IMG/VR virus record: IMGVR_UViG_3300045972_000138
Coordinates: 124,001 to 188,000 of that record
Strand: one strand, 5' to 3'
DNA length: 64,000 nucleotides
Positions 48,350 to 56,254 of this stretch are shown piece by piece. Position 1 is the first letter of the stretch; each line of letters starts with the position of its first letter. The notes beneath the pieces are model-generated. The model was given only the letters and a program-made list of their open reading frames with translations. It did no database searches and was not told where the DNA came from. The translations under genes and the position numbers were made by a program.

Positions 48350-48399
48350 TTTAAAATCCTAGATTTTAATCTCAGATTTTAATCTCAGATTCATAATTC
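48347..48399. repeat. 13-bp-period tandem palindromic boxes (AGATTTTAATCTC x2 plus two degenerate flanks)
   Basis: Exact copies at 48361-48373 and 48374-48386; each contains AGATT-tt-AATCT. Confidence 0.8.
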
Positions 48400-48470
48400 T
48401 AAATATAAATCCTGCATCGAAAACGTGCGTATAGGTTGACATACATATATACATAATACATAATAGCACT

Positions 48471-49004
48471 ATGACAAACGATTCAGAACAAACATTTGAA
48501 GACCTAGCAAAGATGTGTCCAGAACTAATGGAAAAATCTAGAATAGGCGAGAGCATGGGCGTCGGCGAAGGCTGGTTTACCATTGTATCAGTACTATGCC
48601 AAACTATCTACGAACCGGTCCGACAAGCAAGGTATAGGCTGCAAGCAGCAATCGAATACCCACGCGATGATGCTGGTGCATATCTTGCAGAATGCGAAAA
48701 AGAAGTAGCAGATGCACTAGAAGCATTACCGGAAATAGTACAGGTTAAAGAGAAGTTTGGTACACTACGCTTCTATTACTACGGTGGCGATGATAGAGTT
48801 TCTGCATTAGTCGATTTTGCAGAAGCAATGTCCGGAGTCACCTGTGAAGAATGTGGTGCACCCGGCACCCAGACAGGCGGCGGCTGGATTAAAACTCTTT
48901 GTGCCGAGCATCGCAGAAAATCTGCGCCCGATGAAGACCAAGAGGATATCGAAGAGGGTACCATTTCGGCGAAAATCGAAGACGACGATCCGGCTTCCTG
49001 GTGA
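48471..49004 (+). CDS. Hypothetical protein (QVKEKFGTLRFY family with C-terminal zinc ribbon)
   Basis: VGEGW, KEKFG.LRFY and TCEECG...C..H motifs; leaderless after TTGACA-N17-CATAAT. Confidence 0.8.
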   Translation: MTNDSEQTFEDLAKMCPELMEKSRIGESMGVGEGWFTIVSVLCQTIYEPVRQARYRLQAAIEYPRDDAGAYLAECEKEVADALEALPEIVQVKEKFGTLRFYYYGGDDRVSALVDFAEAMSGVTCEECGAPGTQTGGGWIKTLCAEHRRKSAPDEDQEDIEEGTISAKIEDDDPASW

Positions 49005-49557
49005 AATGATTTTCGTATGCCCATTTCGGTCAACGTTTCAGTCTCTACGAAGATCGTATTCCATCCAGTCCCATTGTTGTCCTAATGCAACACCGATTAT
49101 AACTTGAACTTTGACCCATCCGTGATCTTCAAAAAGTGTTGACATACCTCGCTATGTAGTTTACAATCGTGCAAAGGAGAATTCTATGCTAGAAGAAATT
49201 TTTGATGATGAAACCCAAGACGAATGGTATGATGCAGACGGTAACAGCGACGAAAACGGGTTTTACGATGCGGGTGGGCATTTCTATATGGAACGTGCTC
49301 ATTATGTCGTAGATGCATATCGCGAACGTATGCGCGAATTGGAATCCTAAAATGGTATTAGAAACACTTATTATTTGTGTAACTATCTTCATTCTGTTTT
49401 TGCCGCTGGTTTCTGCAAAGGCTGAAGAAATACGCGAGCGTGCCCGAAAGTTGGAGCTCGAAAATAGCCAAGCAGAGTTTAACGAACTTTAATTAAGTAT
49501 TCGTAATCGACGCTTGTTATATTGATAAATACATCAATATAACAAGGATCGTCTTCT

Positions 49558-50742
49558 ATGCCAATCAATATCTCTGGTGATACATATCTAAGCTTCGTTA
49601 AAGTAGGTACTGTATCGATACCTCCGGTTGCAAGTTTCACTAGTACACCGGTATCCGGGAATGTCCCATTTAATGTAACATTTACTGATACATCAACCAA
49701 CTATCCTACAAGTTGGTTGTGGCATTTTGGCGATGGAACAACATCAACAGCAAGAAATCCTACACATACCTATACTACACAAGGTACATACAGCCCAACA
49801 TTAACAGCTACAAATTCGTCAGGTAGCGGTACAGGCGGCGGTGGGTCTATTACAGCAAACCCTGCTGTGTTTGCTGCCAGCGCAACTATTCTTACTGGTT
49901 ACATACTTGGAAACTGGTTCTCTAGTAGCTACACAAATGGCAAATTTGTTATAGTTGACTATGGTAGTGCGAATAGTTATTATTCATCCGATAACGGATC
50001 ATCGTGGACATTAGGTAATACAGGTGCGTTACACGGTATTCGTGGACTATCACATGGTGCATATTATATGGCCGGTGTCCAGGCGAATAATGGGAATACA
50101 AATGTTGGATACTACAGTGGTGATGGCACAAACTGGTATACATTGACATTACCATCCGTACAACAATGGTGGGGTGCAGTATATGGCAATGGTGGATATG
50201 TATTTTATGGATCTGTTACGGGTGGGCAAATTGCGCTATCGGGCGATTTAGGCAGTTTTTCAATGATATCAACAGGTGTTTCATCGGCATATACTAATGC
50301 ATACTTCGGTAATGGTATATATATGTTATGCACTTATGTTGGTGCTCTTGTCATGACTAGTAATGATGGTGGACAAACCTGGACAAGGCATAATACACCA
50401 GTCCCATTCTATAGTGTGGCATACGGTAATGGCGTATGGGTAGGTACAACGGGCGGCATATCTGCTACTGTGTATACCAGCACTGATAATGGTGTGACAT
50501 GGACAACACACATAAATGCAATGCCGACCAACTCCGGATGGCGCGCAACAACATACGGCAATGGGGTCTTTGTATCAGTAGCAGACAACGGTGGCGGTTT
50601 AGGTAATGCTGCATACAGTACCAATGGCGTAAGTTGGACACTGATTGGCAATATGGATAGATCAGGTTGGGCAAGTCTAATATATGCAAATGGTACATTT
50701 ATTACAACGTGCGGCGGTACAGAGCTTGCTAAGGTAATTTAA
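49558..50742 (+). CDS. PKD domain + beta-propeller (BNR-like) virion protein
   Basis: One PKD repeat, then repeated (YG)NG.(F/Y)V...S.DG..W blades; ATAAATA upstream. Confidence 0.75.
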   Translation: MPINISGDTYLSFVKVGTVSIPPVASFTSTPVSGNVPFNVTFTDTSTNYPTSWLWHFGDGTTSTARNPTHTYTTQGTYSPTLTATNSSGSGTGGGGSITANPAVFAASATILTGYILGNWFSSSYTNGKFVIVDYGSANSYYSSDNGSSWTLGNTGALHGIRGLSHGAYYMAGVQANNGNTNVGYYSGDGTNWYTLTLPSVQQWWGAVYGNGGYVFYGSVTGGQIALSGDLGSFSMISTGVSSAYTNAYFGNGIYMLCTYVGALVMTSNDGGQTWTRHNTPVPFYSVAYGNGVWVGTTGGISATVYTSTDNGVTWTTHINAMPTNSGWRATTYGNGVFVSVADNGGGLGNAAYSTNGVSWTLIGNMDRSGWASLIYANGTFITTCGGTELAKVI

Positions 50743-50807
50743 TAGGTTGACTAGAGCATAATTGCTCTGTATAATAAAGGCAAGTCCACTAACTATACAG
50801 AGTGATT

Positions 50808-51188
50808 ATGGAAACTAAAGATTTACACACCAAAGAAGACGCACTGGAGTTTGCAGAGAAGATGCACAATGACGATAATGCTGTTGACATTGCAAAAACT
50901 GCTGATGGTCTGTTTCGTGTGCGTTGGATTAAGAACAAAAAGTACACAACGTACGACGGCAAAGAATTCACTGATGAAGTTTGGATGACAGAGAAAGAAG
51001 AACTTATTTGCATCCAAGATCTAACCGAAGCGCACGCCAAAAATATCATTCGTATGATGTTGCGTAATAGCCGTGAAACAAATCAGGCAGCGACAGCAAT
51101 GCTCGAAAGCTTGTCTGCACTTGCAGATGTGTTTGCTACTAGCAACGAAGTTGAGATTCCCGAATCCAGTAATCACGTGTTGCATTGA
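50808..51188 (+). CDS. Hypothetical protein
   Basis: Sigma70 promoter TTGACT...TATAAT upstream. Confidence 0.7.
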   Translation: METKDLHTKEDALEFAEKMHNDDNAVDIAKTADGLFRVRWIKNKKYTTYDGKEFTDEVWMTEKEELICIQDLTEAHAKNIIRMMLRNSRETNQAATAMLESLSALADVFATSNEVEIPESSNHVLH

Positions 51189-51337
51189 CGTGATAAATAA
51201 TAGTGCGTATAATGCATTAAAAGGATAAATATGGACACAATTGAACACATACAACTTTTGATTGCAGAATTATGGACCAATTGGGATTTTGTGGCACCCG
51301 TGCTAGTCCCTATTGCATATTTTCTTAACTAATAACC

Positions 51338-51412
51338 CTGGCGTTCGTTCAACGGATAGGACATCTTTCTTCTAAAGAGATAATAGTGGTTCGATTCCAC
51401 TACGCCGGACCA
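51338..51412 (+). tRNA. tRNA-Arg(UCU)
   Basis: Acceptor CTGGCGT/ACGCCGG, anticodon loop CT-TCT-AA, T-loop TTCGATT, encoded CCA. Confidence 0.92.
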
Positions 51413-51437
51413 ATTTTTAAACCACCAAGGACTTAAA

Positions 51438-51662
51438 ATGGAAATGACTAAAGTGTATGCCGCTCCCATTCTTGCAGAAGAAATGATTGCTTTGCGTGCA
51501 ATCGACGCGTCTAACGCAGAACTTCGCGCACGGAATGAGGCACGCCTTTTTGAATTCAAGGAGTCGATGGGTATCAAGTATCTGTTGCATCCCGACAACG
51601 CACCAAAGCGTCAAGAATATGTTCACGTGCTGACGCACAAAAAAGAAACTATCAACGAGTAA
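51438..51662 (+). CDS. Hypothetical protein
   Basis: AAGGA SD; MG.KYLLHP motif. Confidence 0.7.
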   Translation: MEMTKVYAAPILAEEMIALRAIDASNAELRARNEARLFEFKESMGIKYLLHPDNAPKRQEYVHVLTHKKETINE

Positions 51663-51665
51663 TAC

Positions 51666-51866
51666 GTGAACGACTTAGTTACGCTGAAAAACATTCTAGC
51701 CGTTTTAATTGAAAACGGCGTACACAACGAAGTAACACAGCTCGATAATGCTGTGCTCTTCGAGGGTGTTCCGCAGAATGTAATATACAAGGATGATTTG
51801 GTTGCAGCAGGTGCAACTTATGATTCAAACTTCGAAGCCTGGATGTTTTGGGGCAACGAAGAGTAA
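51666..51866 (+). CDS. Hypothetical protein
   Basis: GTG start, GAG SD. Confidence 0.5.
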   Translation: MNDLVTLKNILAVLIENGVHNEVTQLDNAVLFEGVPQNVIYKDDLVAAGATYDSNFEAWMFWGNEE

Positions 51867-51910
51867 AGCACGCAACTCTGATAAATAACATTATTGGAGT
51901 CGAATGCTTT

Positions 51911-52468
51911 ATGATATGTGAACATTGTTTAAAAGAATATACAAATAAATCCGGATATTCTAACCACATCAGGCGCTGCCCATCTAACCCGAATCGGGTA
52001 ATGGAGACAATGTCCCCCGAAGGTCGACTTAAAATAAGTAAGTCATCAACCGATTACAATAAGATAAAGTGGGCAGATCCTGTTATACGAGCAAAACACA
52101 AGCAGTCAATGAAAGATGCCGTAAAGAATAATCCAGATTCTTACACATCATCTAATCGTGGAAGAACTAAACAAATAATTGTTGATGGTATTAAATTACA
52201 AGGGCAATGGGAAGTAGATTTTTATAATTGGGCAAAAGAAAAAGGATTGAGCCCAGAAAGACCAACTATAGCATTTAAGTATGAGTGGAATGGTGAAAGA
52301 TTTTATCATCCAGATTTTTATATACCATCACTAGATTTATACGTAGAAGTGAAGGGTTATGAAACAGATAGGGATAGAGCAAAATGGTCGCAATTTCCGG
52401 GTAAGTTGCGTATAATAAAAGCTGCAGAGATAAAACAGATTAGGCAAGGGTGCTTTGAGCGAGTTTAG
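51911..52468 (+). CDS. PD-(D/E)xK endonuclease with N-terminal zinc finger (homing-type)
   Basis: CEHC...H...C zinc finger; WE, Y.PDFY and YVEVKG motifs; last codons overlap the tRNA. Confidence 0.75.
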   Translation: MICEHCLKEYTNKSGYSNHIRRCPSNPNRVMETMSPEGRLKISKSSTDYNKIKWADPVIRAKHKQSMKDAVKNNPDSYTSSNRGRTKQIIVDGIKLQGQWEVDFYNWAKEKGLSPERPTIAFKYEWNGERFYHPDFYIPSLDLYVEVKGYETDRDRAKWSQFPGKLRIIKAAEIKQIRQGCFERV

Positions 52469-52533
52469 CATAAAGGTAGTGCCGAGAACTCATAATTCTT
52501 AAGGTCCGGGTTCGATCCCCGGGGCTCGCACCA
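52459..52533 (+). tRNA. tRNA with CAU anticodon (elongator Met, or Ile2 if lysidine-modified)
   Basis: Acceptor GCGAGTT/GGCTCGC, loop CT-CAT-AA, T-loop TTCGATC, CCA. Confidence 0.9.
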
Positions 52534-52565
52534 AAGCATCTTTCCCTAATCTTAGAAAGACACAC

Positions 52566-52772
52566 ATGGCAGAAATCAAACTAACAAGCGTATGGGCAGT
52601 TGACATTATTGAATCTGAGCGCGGTTGGGGTTCTAAGGTCGACGAAACAAAACTTTTCGAAACACAGGAAGAAGCTGTGAAGTTTTCGAAAGATTACAAC
52701 GCAAAGTACAATACCGCTACAGAAGTACCGGATTGGTATATGTCTGCTCAGACTCCGTACAAGGTTAAATAA
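52566..52772 (+). CDS. Hypothetical protein
   Basis: IIESERGWG.K.DE motif. Confidence 0.7.
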   Translation: MAEIKLTSVWAVDIIESERGWGSKVDETKLFETQEEAVKFSKDYNAKYNTATEVPDWYMSAQTPYKVK

Positions 52773-52773
52773 T

Positions 52774-53006
52774 CAACTAAGGGCCGTGCTCTAACATTCC
52801 AACGATTCGCCTACTTCGGTATATTCCAATGGTACGCGGCTGTAAATATATGTTGGTTGATAAAGGTGGCTACCGCGGTAGAATACGAAGGTAGTTACAG
52901 GCAGTAGCATATCTTGATGACTGAGAATGTATTCTACCGAAAGGTCCCTATACAAAAGCTTTCATTCACCTCTATGCGTGACTGCCACCTATTCAAATAG
53001 TAGTTG
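52774..53006 (+). ncRNA. Unassigned structured intergenic RNA candidate
   Basis: About 230 nt without a long ORF, with several complementary segments (11-bp 52876-86/52929-39; 7-bp 52864-70/52984-90; 6-bp 52840-45/52895-900; 6-bp 52774-79/53001-06). Confidence 0.45.
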
Positions 53007-53038
53007 CTCTACTTCCTATTTAATGTATAATAGGAAGC

Positions 53039-53542
53039 ATGAAGCAAATACTTATACTCCTAGCAATGGTGCCTACAACGCTGTATAACACAGTATGCCC
53101 TAAAATGCCAAAGATGGATGCCGCACAAGAAAAGTGCTTGGCTACTACCATTTACGGAGAAGCACGTAGCGAACCCGAACAAGGGCAGGTTGCAGTGGCT
53201 TATACACTACTAAATCGCGCTAAAAATAAGACCATATGCGATGTTGCACTAGCACGCAAGCAATATAGTGTATTCAACAATAATCCTACATTACGAGCAA
53301 TAGCGACATCCTTGCACCTGTTACCAGAACAGAAAAATACAATTGACCAAAAGAGTTGGGAAATGGCTGTTCGTGTTTCAAGGATAGTTATGTATGGATT
53401 AACACCAGACCCAACTAACGGTGCTACTCATTACATTGCTGACAAGGTCATGAAAGTAAAAGGATACAAATATCCTAAGTGGTCAAAAGAATATAAGGTT
53501 GTGGCAACCATCAGCAACCATAAATTTTATAAAATCGGTTGA
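53039..53542 (+). CDS. Cell wall hydrolase, SleB/Hydrolase_2 family
   Basis: CLA..IYGEAR.EP..GQ.AVA...LNR, QYS, DPT.GATHY and HKFY motifs. Confidence 0.88.
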   Translation: MKQILILLAMVPTTLYNTVCPKMPKMDAAQEKCLATTIYGEARSEPEQGQVAVAYTLLNRAKNKTICDVALARKQYSVFNNNPTLRAIATSLHLLPEQKNTIDQKSWEMAVRVSRIVMYGLTPDPTNGATHYIADKVMKVKGYKYPKWSKEYKVVATISNHKFYKIG

Positions 53543-53586
53543 CTGGTACAGGTCGAACTCATACAATAAATAGATCTAAGGATTAT

Positions 53587-54468
53587 ATGTCTATTAAGTA
53601 CACCTTGTCGGTAATTATGTTGGCCTCACTGGTTGCTTGTGGAGGTGGGGGCGGAGGTAGCCCAGGCAGCGATGTTGCATCACCTACCAGATTACCAGTT
53701 AACGGTATTGTCTTATCTGCAGATCTGGCACCGGCCAATCTTAGTTGCACCGATTATGTAGAATACGATACAGGTAATGGCAGACTAACCAATAATGTCT
53801 GGAATAAACAAGCAGCAGGAACATTTCCGTACGCACAATGCATCACAGCTAAAGGACCACTATCAGCAAAGGTGTATGGATGGTCGTGGAATTGGCCTGC
53901 GAACTCTGGCAGTGTATTTGCCTATCCAGAAATAGTGTACGGATGGAAACCGTGGAACGGCGGATCGAGTAATGTACCTACATTGCCTATACGTGTTTCG
54001 GCAATTACCACTTTACGTTTCTCCTATGATCTTACTGTGACAACAAACGGTAAACACAATGTTTCTACATCTATGTGGTTAACAAGCAACGGTGCGACGA
54101 GTAATAAACCGGACTCGTCGCATATCACAACCGAGTTTATGATATGGACAGATGGATATGATTTTCATCCTGCTGGTAATTTGGCAGCAATATATACAAC
54201 CCAAACGGGAACACAATACGAGGTATGGTTTGATCCATATCAAACCGATGCATCGGGGCAGAATGCAAATGTATGGAAATATGTTGCGTACCGTGCAGTA
54301 GTTCCTAGTCTTACGCCAACTATCGATTTGAAATTAATACTGCAAGATGCAGTAACAAGAGGATATGTTTCGGCTACCGATTATGTATCTAATGTTGAAC
54401 TTGGAAACGAAATTATGTCCAGTTCAGGTCAAACGTGGATTAACTCTATTTCGTTAGTAGCACAATGA
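53587..54468 (+). CDS. GH12 endoglucanase-like lipoprotein
   Basis: LVA|CGGGG lipobox; NNVWN, AYP.IV.GW.PW, EFMIW (nucleophile) and ELGNEI (acid/base) motifs. Confidence 0.82.
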   Translation: MSIKYTLSVIMLASLVACGGGGGGSPGSDVASPTRLPVNGIVLSADLAPANLSCTDYVEYDTGNGRLTNNVWNKQAAGTFPYAQCITAKGPLSAKVYGWSWNWPANSGSVFAYPEIVYGWKPWNGGSSNVPTLPIRVSAITTLRFSYDLTVTTNGKHNVSTSMWLTSNGATSNKPDSSHITTEFMIWTDGYDFHPAGNLAAIYTTQTGTQYEVWFDPYQTDASGQNANVWKYVAYRAVVPSLTPTIDLKLILQDAVTRGYVSATDYVSNVELGNEIMSSSGQTWINSISLVAQ

Positions 54469-54771
54469 AACTTACAACATATCAAAAACACCTATTCTCC
54501 AGATTCAAACTTCGCGGTGACTATGTCACTTGGTGTTTTAATTCTAAAGGGTGGTTGCGTATTCATCGATTCATTATCCGCTGGCGTCTAGTTGACATCA
54601 ACGCCGTAAGCTGTGCTATAATACACTCAGCAGTGTGAGTGCAGTCCTATATAGTAGGCATACAAATAAGTCCTACTATATTTTATGCAGATAATGCTTG
54701 CTAGAGTCATAAATAAGTGCTACAATAAGCACTTAGCAAAACAAATAGTTGATCGCAACTGTTTGTGGTAA

Positions 54772-54782
54772 GTTCTTTAACA
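54772..54782 (+). promoter_or_regulatory. boxA-like antitermination element in the tRNA-array leader
   Basis: GTTCTTTAACA versus the rrn boxA consensus TGCTCTTTAACA, 6 nt before tRNA-Leu. Confidence 0.45.
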
Positions 54783-54788
54783 AAATAT

Positions 54789-54875
54789 GCGAGTGTGGCG
54801 AAATAGGTAGACGCAACAGACTTAAAATCTGTCGGGGGCAACTTCATGCCGGTTCGATTCCGGCCACTCGCACCA
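54789..54875 (+). tRNA. tRNA-Leu(UAA)
   Basis: GCGAGTG/CACTCGC acceptor, CT-TAA-AA loop, long variable arm, T-loop, CCA. Confidence 0.95.
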
Positions 54876-54883
54876 TAGTTTAT

Positions 54884-54965
54884 GTCCCTGTCGGTGGAGA
54901 GCGACACCTCCGCGCTTAACGGCAATGCAGAAATGCAAAGGATACGAAAGTATCAAGGGACTCCA
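54884..54965 (+). ncRNA. tRNA-sized, CCA-ending structured RNA with probable pseudoknot
   Basis: GTCCCT/AGGGAC closing stem plus T-CCA; GTCG/CGAC hairpin; two GAAA-tetraloop hairpins. Confidence 0.55.
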
Positions 54966-54972
54966 ATTTTAA

Positions 54973-55026
54973 GGGATACTTACAGCAATTTTAATTCACC
55001 GTAAATGAAACCAAAAAGGTATCCTG
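54973..55026 (+). ncRNA. Mini-RNA carrying an isolated anticodon-like stem-loop (GUA)
   Basis: GGATAC/GTATCC outer stem, TTACAGCAA linker, TTCA-ccGTAaa-TGAA inner hairpin. Confidence 0.45.
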
Positions 55027-55030
55027 TTTA

Positions 55031-55105
55031 GCCCTTGTAGCAGAGTGGTAATGCACGCGCCTTGTAAGCGCGGGATCTGGTGTTCGATTCACCACGAGGG
55101 CACCA
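55031..55105 (+). tRNA. tRNA-Thr(UGU)
   Basis: GCCCTTG/CGAGGGC acceptor, CGCGC-ctTGTaa-GCGCG, T-loop, CCA. Confidence 0.93.
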
Positions 55106-55195
55106 TATTAGAATGCACTAACTGAGTACAAGGCTCAGCGTGCGAATTCAGTAACTAAGCCTCAAGAGGAAGCTATAGTGCATTCTAATATGGTG
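55101..55195. repeat. ACCATAT...ATATGGT hairpin 1 (20-bp perfect inverted repeat)
   Basis: CACCATATTAGAATGCACTA (55101-20) / TAGTGCATTCTAATATGGTG (55176-95). Confidence 0.95.
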
Positions 55196-55302
55196 TGTTG
55201 ATCGTTAAATCAAAAAGTAAAGCGAAGTACAAGCTAGCCAATAGACCCGCGAACGTACTTAGAATCGTTCATGACAGTGAAAGCCTGTAAGGGGAGATTA
55301 AC

Positions 55303-55371
55303 ATACCATATTAGAACACACTACGACTCTAACGAGGGCTGGTTCACCGGTAGTGTGTTCTAATATGGTAT
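55303..55371. repeat. ACCATAT...ATATGGT hairpin 2 (22-bp perfect inverted repeat)
   Basis: ATACCATATTAGAACACACTAC / GTAGTGTGTTCTAATATGGTAT. Confidence 0.95.
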
Positions 55372-55444
55372 ACCGATAGCCCAAAGATAAGAGGCAAGTA
55401 TAATTACTGACAGTGCAGGTTAGATTCCTGTTCGGATACTACCA
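55367..55444 (+). pseudogene. Degenerate tRNA-like unit
   Basis: GGTAT(A)CCGA/TCGGATACT-ACCA stem, GCC/GGC D-like arm, CAGG-TTAGATT-CCTG T-like arm; no canonical anticodon arm. Confidence 0.55.
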
Positions 55445-55585
55445 TATTAAACTACATTCGTTGATCGGTGAGCCCAGGGCAGATCCGCAAATGTCGAAGT
55501 GTTGTTACACACAGTTTCGGTCCTTGCCATATAGTGCTTGGTATCGGGTAAGACGGTTTAATTCCGCAGTGTAGTTTAATATGGT
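55441..55585. repeat. ACCATAT...ATATGGT hairpin 3 (18 bp, one G-U)
   Basis: ACCATATTAAACTACATT / AGTGTAGTTTAATATGGT. Confidence 0.92.
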
Positions 55586-55702
55586 GATGTAATGTCCTCG
55601 CAAGGGACTGTGGCAGAGCAACGCGGATCGTTATACGGCAATGCTCAAGAGAATGCAACCACATGGGGCAAGAGTAAGTGAACGTGAGTAACCGATTACC
55701 TC

Positions 55703-55829
55703 TACCATATCAATCCGCAAAGCTCTTGCGACGGGGCTTTACAGGACGGGAATTGACCCGAAACGTGTCGCAGCGTTGGCATCTGGTAAGGATGCATAGC
55801 CTGAATTAACAGGGCGGATTGATATGGTG
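55703..55829. repeat. ACCATAT...ATATGGT hairpin 4 (16 bp)
   Basis: TACCATATCAATCCGC / GCGGATTGATATGGTG. Confidence 0.92.
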
Positions 55830-56240
55830 TGCTAAGTTAAGTGCCTTAAACTGAAAGAGAATGAAAAGTAGAATTGCAGCTAATGTAGCCTGGCCAGGTA
55901 CGGCATTAGACGTTCTAGTTAGTAGATTTCTGGAGGGGTAGTTTAGTGTAATAGGAGCACGCAACCTTTATGGCGCCGAAGAACGGTGCGATACCGTGGC
56001 TATTAAAGGTGCTTAACTTAGATTTCCGAAGCTTGTAATCAAGCCTGACACGACAGCATAACGTGGGTTGGACCTTAGCCAAGTAAAAATATTAAGGTGC
56101 AGTATTGCCATGCATAGAAGTGTGATAGTTTACGGGGCGGAGTTCTTAAAACTACCCTGGTATGGTCCTAATCATTAGGCCAAAGAAAGTGTTGTTAACG
56201 ACACCAAAGTCATCCTAGACTGGAAAAACTAGGGTGCATA
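55826..56240 (+). ncRNA. About 415-nt multi-domain structured RNA candidate
   Basis: 16-bp long-range stem 55832-47/56006-21 enclosing a tRNA-like module; several short hairpins downstream; no ORF. Confidence 0.55.
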
Positions 56241-56254
56241 TATTTTAAAGATTT

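Noticed and set aside
49040-49145. Possible 35-aa minus-strand ORF (MSTLFEDHGW...) overlapping the promoter at 49139
   Set aside because: The GAGGT lies directly against the ATG (no spacing) and there is no other support.
52774-53006. tmRNA or RNase P RNA identity for the structured intergenic region
   Set aside because: No T-arm/CCA tRNA-like domain or resume codon context, and no GAGGAAAGUCC-type P4 signature.
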